Shown piece after piece: positions 1-11,752 of a stretch of DNA of 64,000 nucleotides. Every line of letters begins with the position of its first letter. The stretch's first letter is position 1. Position numbers and translations under genes: made by a program. The stretch is from Chiloscyllium plagiosum (taxonomy: Eukaryota): contig NC_057752.1 of NCBI RefSeq assembly GCF_004010195.1, forward strand, positions 11,784,298 through 11,848,297, read 5' to 3'. The notes under the pieces were generated by a model, which saw only the letters and a list, made by a program, of their open reading frames with translations, did no database searches and had not been told where the DNA came from.

Positions 1-28
1 GGTAGGACGTGGTGCGGGGCTGGAGCTG

Positions 29-124
29 GGCGTGGGGGCGGGGACGGTGATCGGCGTGGGGGCGGGGTTAGTCATGGTGACGGAGATCGGCGTGGGGGCG
101 GGGTTAGGCATGGTGACAGAGATC
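29..124. repeat. GC-rich 36-bp tandem repeat, truncated at window edge
   Basis: gatcggcgtgggggcggggttag(t/g)catggtgac(g/a)ga at 49 and 85, GATC again at 121; partial copy upstream. Confidence 0.75.
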
Positions 125-540
125 TTTGAGGGGCCCTATTTTCTCCCTAGCTACCGTTTTGTCCTTAACATATTTGTAAAAAAGCTTTGGATTCTCCTTA
201 ATTCTATTTGCCAAAGCTATCACATGTTCCCTTTTTGCCCTCCTGATTTCCCTCTTAAGTATACTCCTACTTCCTTTATACTCTTCTAAGGATTCACTCG
301 ATTTATCCTGTCTATACCTCACATATGCTTCCTTCTTTTTCTTAACTAAACCCTCAATTTCTTTAGTCATCCAGCTTTCCCTATACCTACCAGCCTTCCC
401 TTTCACCCTGACAGGAATATACTTTCTCTGGATTCTCGTTATCTCATTTCTGAAGGCTTCCCATTTTCCAGCCGTCCCTTTACCTGCGAACATCTGCCCC
501 CAATCAGCTTTTGAAAGTTCTTACCTAATACCGTCAAAAT
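125..540 (-). mobile_element. CR1-type LINE ORF2 fragment (EN-RT linker)
   Basis: ORF 104..493(-) ESWMTKEIEGLVKKKKEAY...RIKENPKLFYKYVK...IGPLKD is typical of CR1 ORF2. Confidence 0.85.
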
Positions 541-969
541 TCACTAAAAGCCTAAAATGGCAGAGAAGCAAAGGGCATAATCTTTACATTTTGGATATGG
601 TTTGTTTTTATTGTGCACTTCCCAAATTCAGAGAGCCAGACCTATCCCAGCTAATGCGTACTCCTTCTGTCAGGGATACACATTACAAAACCAGAAGGCC
701 AACCACGATCAGTTGTGGTAAGTGGACCATTTCAGCAGCTCAGACTTTTTCCTTTTCCTGGTCTTGCCCCAATGAAGACTCCACCTCTGGTAGGGTAAGA
801 ACTAGGATGCTTCATTTTCTGTTCCATGGACAGATTGCAGTTGTGGACAACTTTTCCATAAATATGTTAAACCGTACAGGCATTCAGAGGATGCTATCTG
901 TCTATATCAGCACATATTCCACTAACTGATGATTTGCTGCAGTGTAAATTGTTGGAAAGTTTTTTTTTT

Positions 970-1210
970 AATATTCACTCAAGGGATGTGGGCATTGCTG
1001 GCTGGGCATCATTTATTGCCTATAAAGTTGACCTTGAGGAGGTGATGGTGAGCTGCCTTCTTGAGTTCTTGCAGTCCACAAGCTGTAGGTTGACCCACAA
1101 TGCCTTTAGGGAGTGAATTCCAGAATTTTGACCCAGCGACACTGAAGGAACGACAATATATTTCCAAATCGGGATGGTGAGTGGCTTGGAGGGGAACTTG
1201 TCGATGAGGA
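970..1210 (-). mobile_element. LINE 3' end fragment (CR1/L2 group)
   Basis: Minus-strand FSVAGSKFWNSLP...LQELKKAAHHHLLK; the same tail recurs at ~17750-17960, 18660-18810, 21400-21600. Confidence 0.7.
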
Positions 1211-1269
1211 TTTTTCTTTTTCCCCATTTCTAACTCTCATGGATTGAAATTGATGGTGGAAGCCAAACA

Positions 1270-1281
1270 TCTGTCTGTCTG

Positions 1282-1313
<32 letters not shown>

Positions 1314-1340
1314 TCGTCTGTCTGTCTCTCTCTCCCCCCC
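1270..1340. repeat. Compound microsatellite (TCTG)n/(TG)n/(TC)n
   Basis: Directly visible. Confidence 0.9.
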
Positions 1341-1760
1341 CAAATTTTATTTCTGTTGCCCTTTCCTTGTCTTTTGCCTCTAACTCAAGCTGCTCATTTT
1401 CATTTGAATTTTAGTCATCTCTAAAGATTATGATGGCATTTCCAGCAAATGTAAATGCTGAGCTATTGCTGTAATTATCTCTCCTTTCCTTCCAGAGGAG
1501 GCAGCTCCAACCCCAGCTTGTCTGCTAATTCCAGCAGCTTGGACTTAATCACCTTGTGTAAAAACCCCAAGGTCATTTCTTCCATCCCCAGAAAACTCTT
1601 GGTGACTGAAAGAGCCATTGCTTTCCCAAGCACTGTTTAAACCAACCGAATTCAACACCTGGAACAAAACACACTAACACTAATCACTCTCTGCCTTTGT
1701 GTCCAGCAACCCTAATCTCAATTTGGAATAATAGAACAAATCCCGCTAAGAACTCCAATC

Positions 1761-2427
1761 TGTTATGGATCAGGCTAGACCCCTGAAAACATTTTGAGAA
1801 AGTAGCCTGGACCCTAACTTTGCTACTTGTTTTAAGTAGGTGTAACGCAGATATTCCAGGAGTGATGCAACTGGCCCAACCACTTAGTTTTTTTTAATAA
1901 AACAATTTATTTGCACGATTACCGAATGAAACACAAATAAAAGAGAACAGAATGTAGAATAACTTAACCATTCCGAAAACCCAACAAATTATACCAACTT
2001 AATGATGTTGTTCCAAATACTTGCAATAATCCCCATAAACACCCCTTTGCAAAAACACAGGAAAAATCCCACGCAGGTTTTGACAGGGGAGATGTCAGAG
2101 AGAGAGGAAAGATTAGCAAAGACCTACTTTTTTGGGTGCAGCAGCTTCACAACTGACTAGCAGCTCTGAACAGCCAGACTGCTAAAACCAAACCAAACCC
2201 AAACCAGAGTAAAGCTGAGCTTGGAGAACTGGCCACTCCTCTTTCATTGTGCAAAGGTTTTTTTAAAACTTGAAAGCTTTTTTTACTGAGGCAGTATATG
2301 TTAGCTATAATCAAATTGACCTGAAAACTGATCCAAGCCACACCTCTTAGCAACTCTGTGTTTATGATCCTTCTGAAAAAAAAGCTAGATGATGACATAA
2401 CCTTGTTAAAGGAGCCGCAGCATCACA
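1761..2427 (-). mobile_element. Probable solo LTR (Gypsy-like)
   Basis: Starts TGTTATG and ends CATCACA (imperfect TG...CA inverted ends); internal AATAAA on the minus strand (~1906-1911); ~670 bp; no clear TSD. Confidence 0.55.
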
Positions 2428-2429
2428 CT

Positions 2430-3900
2430 TGCCACTTGTCAGCCCATGCCTGGATGTTTTCCAGATCTTGTTACATTTGAATATAAACTGCTTCAGTATC
2501 TGAAGAGTCTCAAATAATGCTGAACATTGTACAATCACCAGTGAACGTCCCCACTTCTGACCTCATGATGGAGGGAAGGTTGTTCATGAAGCAGTTGAAG
2601 ATGGTTGTGCTTAGGATACTACCCAGAATAACTCACATAGAGATGTCCTGGAGCTGAGATGACTGACCTCCCACAGCAACAACCATCTTCCTATGTGCCA
2701 CTTATGACTCAAACTAGCGGAGTGTTTGCCCCCAGATGACACCCATTGGTTTTGTTAGGGCTCCTTGACACCACATTCAGTCGAATGCCGCCTTGATGTC
2801 AAGAGCAATCACTCTTCCCTCCCCTCTGGAGTTCAGCTCTTTTGTCCATGTTTGACCCCAGGCTGTGTTAGGGCTCCTTGACACCACATTCAGTCGAATG
2901 CCGCCTTGATGTCAAGAGCAATCACTCTTCCCTCCCCTCTGGAATTCAGCTCTTGTCCATGTTTAAGCCAAGGCTGTAATGAGGTCAGGAGCTGAGTGGC
3001 CTTGGTGGAACCCAAACAGGTTATTGCTGAGCAGGTGCTGCTTGATAGCACTGCTGGTGACACCTTCCATCACTTTCCTGATGACCGAGAGTAGACTGGA
3101 GCAGTAATTGGCCGGGTTGGATTTGTCCTGCTTTTTGTGCACAGGACATACCTGAGCAATTTTCCACATTGTCGGGTAGATGCCAGTGTTGTAACTGTAC
3201 TGGAACAGCTTGGCTGGGGGAGCGGCAGGTTCTGGAGCAGAAATCTTCAGTACTATTACAGGACTGTTATCAGGGCCCATAGCCTTTGCAGTGTCCAGTG
3301 CCTCCAGCTGTTTTTTGATATTAAATGGAGTAAATCAAATTGGCTGAAGACTGGCATATGTGATGCTCAGGACTGCTTGAGGAGGCTGAGATGGATTTCC
3401 ACTTCACACTTCTGGCTGAAGATTGCTGCGAATACTTAAGCCTTATCCTTTGCAGTGATATGTTAGGCTCTTCCATCATTGAGGATGGGGGATATTTATG
3501 GAGTCGCCTCCTCCCCTGAATTGTTTAATTGTCCACCACCATTCATGACTGGAAGTGGCAGGCCTGACATCAGAGCTTAGATATGATCTATTGGTTGTGG
3601 AATCACTGAGCTCTTTCTGTCACTTGCTGCTTTTGTTATGCGGCAGTCTATTCGGTAGGTTTGCCAGGTTGACACCTCATTTTTAGGTATTCCTGATGCT
3701 ATTTCTGGCATGTTTTCTTGCACTGTCCACTGAACCAGGGTTGATCCCCTGGCTTGATGGTAATGGTTGAGTGGGGTATATGCCGGGCCATGAGATTGCA
3801 GATTGGGTTGGTGTACAATTCTGCTGCTGTTGATGACCCACAGTCCGTCATGGATGGCCAGCCTTGAGTTGCTCAATCTCTTTGAAGTCTGTTCAATTTA
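2430..3900 (-). mobile_element. CR1/L2-group LINE RT fragment (left part, continues after 6190)
   Basis: ORF 2963..3280(-) GPDN...YPTMWKIAQVCPVHKKQDKSNPANY...SLLSVI...FGFHQGHSAPDL; internal 113-bp tandem duplication at 2753/2866. Confidence 0.85.
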
Positions 3901-3902
3901 GT

Positions 3903-6190
3903 GGAGATGTCGGTGTTGGACTGGGGTGGGCAAGGTCAAAAGTCACACGACATCAGTTTATAGTCACTTCTGATCAGTTCACTTCAAATCATGAGCTTTC
4001 AGAGCACTGCCCCTTTGTCAGGCAAAATGAAGAGAAGCATTTAGCCACAGAATTTATAATCGGCGAGATCAAAAGATCACACAAATAGCATGAGTGGAGT
4101 TTAGCAGGCCAAGTAATAGATCTCTGCAGCTAATCAAGAGTGTCAGATGATGTGAATGAAGTGTCAACAGCTGAATAGCAGGTGAAGGGATGACCTAAAA
4201 TTATTAATTAACCCTTTTCTCGGCGACTTTTTTTGGAGAAAACGTTTCATTTTCAGACGAGTTTTTTTATTGCTTTTTTATAGTATTTTTAATGCTGATT
4301 ATGTAAATAACTTATCAGACGAGCTTGCACTCTCATCTGATGTATCCAAGCTTCTAATAGAAGGTACATACTCATTGTCCATCTTCTGATCTCGACATCT
4401 GGGCATAATTTGTAAAAAAAAAACAGAAAAAACCGAATGACAGTGTGTGCCCAAAAGCGGTGCGTCGACACTTCTTGCAATGCCTGAGGCGGAAGAGACA
4501 CAGCTACCAGACGTATGAGTCACCGAGTATACTCGTTTCTAGCTGAGAAGGGCCCAGAAATGCCAACAATTGACATATAAACTCGTCTGTGGCTGTTTTT
4601 GAAATTATATGTTTTGGACGAGTTTACTCGTCGCACTCTGAAAAAGACAAATTGGGTGAAGACGAGTTAACTCGCCGGGTAAGGGGTTAAGGCAGAGAGA
4701 TAAATATTAAAAATAAGGTCGTGCTGGAGACAAATCAAATCACTGGAATACCGTGATAGGTATAAGAGTCGCGTGGCGAGGATCTAACCAAAGTAACAAG
4801 TAATCCAAAACTGTACAAACTAATTAAGGTAGAGAGACCATAACAACTGCCCCACTACTAAAATGGACCCCATTGGTCTCGCAGCAGACACCGAGGAATT
4901 CATCGGGTGAATGAGGCTCCAGCAATTCTTCCACCTACCCCAAGATGTCGGCAGCAAGCCAAATGAGACAACCAACGAACCGAAACAGTCATCCACAATG
5001 CAGTGACAAAAGAACAAAGAGTTGAATTGGACCCCTTGGGAAGGCTGCAGCCTTAGACTCAACATGGAGTACCCTTCGTTGTCCAGTACTTCCCCAGAAC
5101 TGACAAACTACGCCATGTTCTTCACAGCCTTCAACATGTCATCGATGACAACTAACGTCTCACCAAGATCATCCCTATGCCTCCACTTCTCGCCTTCAAA
5201 CAGCCACCAAACCTAAAAATATTCCATCATTTGCAGCAAAATACCCAGCCTTCAGGATAACATTGACCATAACCCTGCCACGGTAACCTCTGCAAGACCA
5301 TCAACATGGATCATACCGTCTCACATGGGAATGTACATGGCAGATACTCATGTGGCTCAGCCAATGTTGTCCAGCTCCTACGCTGCAGGCAAGGATGCCC
5401 CGAGGCATGGTATATTGGCGAGATCAGGCAGATGCTATGACAATGGATGAATGGACACCATGCAACAACTGCCAGATGAGAATGTTCCCCCCCTAGTCAG
5501 GGACCACGTCAGCGGTCAAGGACATTCAACCTCCGATCTTTGGATAAGCGTCCTCCAAGGGTGGCCTTCGAGATACACAACAACGCAGAATCGCCGAGCA
5601 GACACTGGTAGCCAAGTTCCATACCCACGAAGACAGCCTCAACCGTGATCTTGGGTTCATGTTGCACTACATGTGACCCCACCATACTTTTCTGTATCTG
5701 TAAAATCTTCCTTACTATCCTGTTTTGACACCACCAACTTGATAACTTATTACGATCTATCTATCTAAATTAGTTTGTACAGTTTTGGATTACTTATTAC
5801 TTTGGTTAGACCAGTGGCATGTAACTCTTATACATGTTATGTTATTCCAGTCATTTGGTTTATTTCCAGCACCACCTTATTTTTCATGTTTTATAATTAT
5901 CACTCTGCCTTAATTAATCTGATTGTAGGTCATCCCTTCATCTGCTATTCAGCTATTGACACTTTACTCGCACCATCGACATTCTTGATCACCTGCAAAG
6001 ACCTATATTTGGCCTGTCAACACGCTACTCACATCATTTATGAGTTTTTTTGATCTCTCCGATTATAAAATCTGTGGTTGAGTGCTTCTCTTTACTTCAC
6101 CTGATCAAGGGGCAGTGCTCCAAAAGCTTGTGATTTCAAATAAATCTGTTGGACTATAACCTGGTGTTGTATGACTTCTGACCTTGTCCA
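3903..6190 (+). mobile_element. Penelope-like retroelement remnant with inverted terminal arms and GIY-YIG endonuclease remnant
   Basis: 3930-4846 (minus the inserted MITE) is the reverse complement of ~5745-6190; interior reads SANVVQLLRCRQGCPEAWYIGE...MNGH at ~5358-5460; degenerate hammerhead cores near 4000 and 6101. Confidence 0.8.
4212..4686. mobile_element. Non-autonomous piggyBac-type (TTAA) DNA transposon / MITE
   Basis: TTAA (4208-4211) CCCTTTTCTCGGCGA ... TCGCCGGGTAAGGGG TTAA (4687-4690): CCC...GGG imperfect TIRs with TTAA TSD; no transposase. Confidence 0.8.
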
Positions 6191-6930
6191 TTTAGCACAG
6201 CGATGGTGGCACACAACACGATGGAAAGTGTTCGTACTGTGAAGGCAGGACATCGTCTCCACAAGGACTGTGCGGTGGTCACTCTTACCAAGCTGTCACA
6301 GACAGATGCAGCTGCAGCTTGGTAAGGATGAGGTTAAGTATGTTATTCCCTCTTGTTGGTTCCCTCACCACCTGCCACAGACCCAGTCTCGTAGCTACAT
6401 CCTTTAGGACCTGACCAGCTCAATCAGTAGTGCTGCTACTGAGCCAGTCTTGGTGGTGGACATTGAAATCTCCCACACAGAGTACAATCTGCCACCACCT
6501 GCCATCCTCTGCTTCCTTCAAGGTTTGTTCAACATGGAGGAGTACTGATTCATCAGCTGAAGGAGGATGATAATCAGTAGGAGGTTTCCTTGCCCATGTT
6601 TAACCTTGAGCGATGAGACTTCATGGGGTCCAGATTCAATGTTGAGGACTCCCAGGGCAACTCCTTCCTGACACTTTACCTCTATGCATCATCTCTGCTG
6701 GGTGGGACAGTGGTGTCTGGGACATTGTAAAGTATGATTCTGTGAGTACAACTATGTCAGGCTGTTGCTTAACTATGTGAGACAGCTCTCCCAATTTTGG
6801 CACTACCCCCAGATGTTACTAAGGAGGACTTTGCAGGGTTGACAGGGTTGTTTCTGCCCTTGTCTTTTCCTGTGCCTAGGTCAATGCTGAGTGGTCTGTC
6901 CAATTTTATTTCTTCATTGAAACTTCATAA
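6191..6930 (-). mobile_element. LINE continuation (endonuclease region) after the Penelope insertion
   Basis: Colinear with the 2430-3900 LINE across the insertion (caatttag / ccatttag junctions); degenerate APE-like coding on the minus strand. Confidence 0.65.
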
Positions 6931-6939
6931 TGATCGATA

Positions 6940-7170
6940 CAAATGAGTGGCTTGCATGGCTGTTTTGGAGGGCAAATGAGAGTCAACCACATTGCTGTGG
7001 GTCTGGAGTCACGTCAACTTTCCTTCCCTGAAGGACATTAGCGATAATGGTTTCCTGGTCATCAGTAGATTCTTAATTCCAGATATATTTTATATTGAAT
7101 TCAAATTCCACCATCTTCCATGGCTGGATTGAAACCTAGGTCCCCAGAGGATTAGCTGAATTTCTAGATT
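6940..7170 (-). mobile_element. Shark tRNA/Deu-type SINE (SacSINE1-like) fragment
   Basis: agagtcaaccacattgctgtgggtctggagtcac...ttccttccctgaaggacattag...ttgaattcaaattccaccatc; the same family is at 25725, 30245 and 34405; family name from recall. Confidence 0.6.
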
Positions 7171-8060
7171 ATTAATTCCAAGCTGGAGGGGCACCACTGG
7201 CCATATCAATTCAGCCAACAGATGTTCATGGCCAGAACCCAGACCTGAATCAGGTGTTAAACTCTTTTATATGCAAACATCTGCAATTTATGTATAAAAA
7301 TGTTATGATACATAAGTGCCTGATTTGAATATTGGTTTGTGCTGAGAACTGTCAGTATTGCAAACCATATTTACACATTGCCGAACATTGCTTTAAAACT
7401 CCAACTAGGCAAGTGCTTAAAATATACTGATGTCAGTATGGTGCAGGGATGAACAGTGACCCCACATTCAAACCACATAACACATAGAGAGTGTGGAGTA
7501 CCCATGCAGAGGCCAGGATCTTGGCACCGTAGGCCAAGGCCCAGAGTGAATTGAGCAAATGATTGGTTTAATCAGAGAGAGAGAGAACTATCTGTCATTG
7601 AAAATTCTAATCAGCCATGGAGGTTAATATTCTTGATGCGAGTAATGAGGAGTGACATTCTGGTGGGGAGCTGTGTTGTATTATAGCAAAGGGGCCAGTA
7701 AAATAATCCTGCTGAAACTTTGCCCACTTTGTTGAATTAATGATGCCAGGCAATGTTCAATAACATTGGATTGGATTCTTCAATGTACTGTGCTGCACTA
7801 CCTATAACTTGAGTTGTGTTAAATATCTTTGTAAAGCTGACTGTTGATAACATGTTTGATTATTCATGCTTGAACTCTGCTTATCCAGAGGCATTTAGTT
7901 AAGCAGATAGTTAGGTTTTTCAAGGTGTGTACCTCAGTATTGTTAGGAATGTGTTCTGTCATTTGTGAATGGTCCAGTGTTAGAAAGCTAAGTGGAATCT
8001 TGTTGAATAACAGAATGCATACTTCCAATTCACAAAGTGAATTTTGTTTTCCTACTGCAG

Positions 8061-8191
8061 GATGAGGAAGATACTTCTGCTGGAAACAAAGGGGAACAAA
8101 CAAAAAATCCTGATTTGCATGAGGACAATGTTACAGAGCAGACTCACCACATTATCATACCTAGTTACGCAGCATGGTTTGACTACAACAG
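8061..8191 (+). CDS. SMARCC2: SMARCC2 internal coding exon (first visible; start of SWIRM region)
   Basis: ctgcag|GATGAG...AACAG|gtatcc; translates [43 protein letters not shown](S), matching SMARCC2 as I recall it ([22 protein letters not shown] and SYAAWF favour C2 over C1). Confidence 0.95.
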
Positions 8192-9126
8192 GTATCCATG
8201 TGGCAAGTGATGTTTTATTAACTGTGCTGAGGCTGATGTGCATTTTGTTTGGTGGATAAGGATCACTTATAATGATTTAAAATCTGTTATATTGGATGTT
8301 AATTTTCACTTCATTTACGTTTCAATGTAAAAGGTTTGCAAATTCCCAGAATGATCCTGCATTTCATTTGGGCTGCAGGATAAGGCACTTATTGTTTCCC
8401 TTTGAATTTCATTTCTTTGATCAGATGGGCCCAATGATGTACTGAAGTCTGTAATTATACAGGGAAATGATTGGATAACACTGGTAAAAGTGTCCAATGG
8501 ATGCTCTTTCTTGAAATCTGAAATCATTACAGTATCACCAAACCTATATATGTTGTATGACAACATGCATTCCAAAGACAATAATATTTCTATCCCACCA
8601 TATCCAGCAGTCCAGGTCGTCCACTGTCTGCATTCAAGAAGGATCAAATAATCTAATCAGTCAGAAACTGATGAGGTGAAACTGGACACTTGTTTTTTTC
8701 CCCACCCCACTGTTCAAATCTACGGAAAACGAAACAGGTGGCTGATTTGACATTGCTGGTTTCCCACCAAGTGTGTTAAGTTAAAATTACCCTCCAAGTC
8801 TAACCATGTGACACCATATTTTTCACATTCTAAGCTCAACCTGAAGGAGAACAGCAGGAATGTGATCAGCACAGTGGGGTGGTTGAGTGGGAAGAGTGAC
8901 ATTGCTTAGTTCATGAACCTGCCCTCTTGGCTGCTCAGTCTGAATCAATTATTTCCAGATTTCTGGGTCTCAAATTTCACTTGAACTTTGAATATCATCT
9001 GTTCTGATCTAATACATGCAACATTAGCAATTCTGTGGAGCACAGTATTAGCACATGGCAACCTGGAAACACAAAAAGAATTCCAAACCTTTGTGATGGG
9101 GCTGGAATTGAGACCAGATTATCATT

Positions 9127-9431
9127 AAGATTAGATTCCCTACAGTGTGGAAACAGGCCCTTCGGCCCAACCAGTCCACACCGACCCTCCGAAAAGTAAC
9201 CCACCCAGATCCATTTCCCTCTGATTAATGCACCTAACACTATGGGCAATTTAGCATGGCCAATTCACCTGCACATCTTTGGACTGTGGGAGGAAACCGG
9301 AGCACCCGGAGGAAACCCACGCAGACACAGGGAGAATGTGCAAACTCCACACCATTCCCAAGGCTGGAATCGAACCTGGGACCCTGGTGCTGTGAGGCAG
9401 CAGTGCTAACCACTGAGCCACCGTGCTGCCC
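9127..9431 (-). mobile_element. HE1-like tRNA-derived SINE
   Basis: Minus strand begins gggcagcacggtggctcagtggttagcactgctgcctcacagc (A box) and ggttcgattcc (B box); ends in an ATCTA-type tail. Confidence 0.85.
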
Positions 9432-9497
9432 TATTAAGTTTCCCTTTGGGGTGCCAAACTACATAGAGTGGTAGTTAACAGTTCCAACGAAGCCTGA

Positions 9498-9590
<93 letters not shown>

Positions 9591-11563
9591 TGAGTATTTA
9601 TTTAGATGTGTCTTTTTTTTTGCAAAGAATGGTAAATGTCAAGTTGATTCCCAGGTCTGTAGACATTGGAAGACATTAGTATGAATAACAGCTCTTGAAA
9701 ATGGCCTTACCAACAATTTGGTAGTGTTGGGCAATCTCAATTCATAGGTCAGCTCATAGCATTCATTAGAATATGGTGGCTGAATGGCTTGCTGGTGAGG
9801 GGATAATCTTAAAAGGACCTAATGACAGGTTTCATAGTCCTCAATCATGGTTGATGGTTTATTCCCACCAGTTCACCAGACATTCGTTTTTTTTAAAATC
9901 CTGCTGTTACAGGATATGTAGGGGAAGCACAGAAAAGAGTGTTATCCTTATGGGGTGCACCACATTCACTAAACGCACCAGGGTCTTTTAAAGGATTCAT
10001 GGAATTAAATGTGTTGCAATCCCTGTTGAGACCTTAAGTTTTAAAAAGAGCTGACTTTCCTAAATGGCCAACAAAAATAATTGAAAGACGGTATCAAATG
10101 TTCTAAGACTTCTGTTGTAACTGAAAAACAAACTGAAGTCAATATAGATGAAAGATTAATGAACAGGTAAACCAAAAAAGATAGTTCTGTATTAACCATG
10201 TAAATCAATCAAGATAGGTCCTACAACACCTCTGCTGTCCAGCACACTCTGGCAAGCGGGTAGCATTGCAAGAACAAATTGTAGTTAGTGGAGTGCCAGG
10301 AGATCAGTGCTGAGGCTTCAGCTATTCACAGTCAGTGAGTTAGATGAGGGTATTGAAGCTAAATTTATCGATCAAACAAAGATAGGTGAGAAAGTAAGGT
10401 GTCAACAGGAGATAGTCTACAAAGGGAAATAAGTAAGTTCAGTGATGGGTTAAAAATTTAGCAGATGAAGTAAAATGTGGAATTATGTGAAATGTGTATT
10501 ATTTAAATAGAGAGAGATTGCAGAACTCTGTGCTACAGAGTGATATGAGTATTTTGGTGCATGAATCACAAAACATTAGTGCATTAAGTGAAATGAAAGA
10601 CAAATTGAATGTTAGCATTTATTACCAGAGAGAGAAACAGTAATAGCAGATAAATGTGACAACATTGAAAAAACAAAATAGTTGTAGGTTTTAACCTGTC
10701 ATAAAGACTTTCTCAGGTTCAGTAGAGTCACTCATTCTCGCTGTAAGTAAATGCCATTTTCCTTACATGACAGAGTTGACTTAGTATCTAATATCTACCA
10801 ACATAGTAGCACAACCACCATAAGGTATAATAGTCAAATCCAATTGTGGTCTGTGCTTTTTTACACACATGCTTCTTTGAACTTTTCAAAAGTGGACTAA
10901 GAAAATACATAGTAAGATGAGACCATGTGAATCATTAGGCTGTTTAATTTCACATTAAATTAACATGCAAAGCAACAATCATGGTCAGACCCACTTATTT
11001 ATAGGAACAGGCATAAGCCATTCAGCCCCTCGAGCCTGTTGCGACATTTGAGAGATTATGGCTGACCTGTGGTCTAACTCTACTTACCTGCCTTTGGTCC
11101 AGATCCCTTCACACCTTTGCTTAACAAAACATTATCTATCTCAGATTTAAAATTAACAGCTGATCTAGTATCAACTGCTGTTTTGTAAGGCAGGAGTGCT
11201 ATCATTGAGCCACAGCTGACAAGCAGGCACGTCCCTTTATCTGGCCCAGTGAGTGGCAAATGGAGCTCCATATGGAAAACTGTACATTGTTAGTAAAAAT
11301 AAGATTATTCTTACTGTGGGAGGGATAGAACTGGCCAAGAAGGCAGGTGAGAAAGATCCAAGATCATTAGCTGACTTACTGCTAACCATGAACTAAGTAT
11401 GAGAGGTCATCAGTACACAAAGTAACCAGGACACTGGGTTATATCACAAAATCTGTTCAATTCATGCTGAGGGCTGAGTGGTATGGTTAAGCTGAACATG
11501 GAGCATGATGAACAATCTGATTAATCCGAGCTCTCAAAGTCTTGTTAAATTTCTTAACAGTGA

Positions 11564-11752
<189 letters not shown>

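Noticed and set aside
1..8060. Additional upstream SMARCC2 exons
   Set aside because: No segment matching the expected preceding peptide with splice sites was found; a very small exon could have been missed
9360..9431. tRNA genes at SINE heads (also 14050-14123, 45285, 50497, 57832)
   Set aside because: A/B boxes continue into the SINE body and LINE-derived tail; no complete cloverleaf
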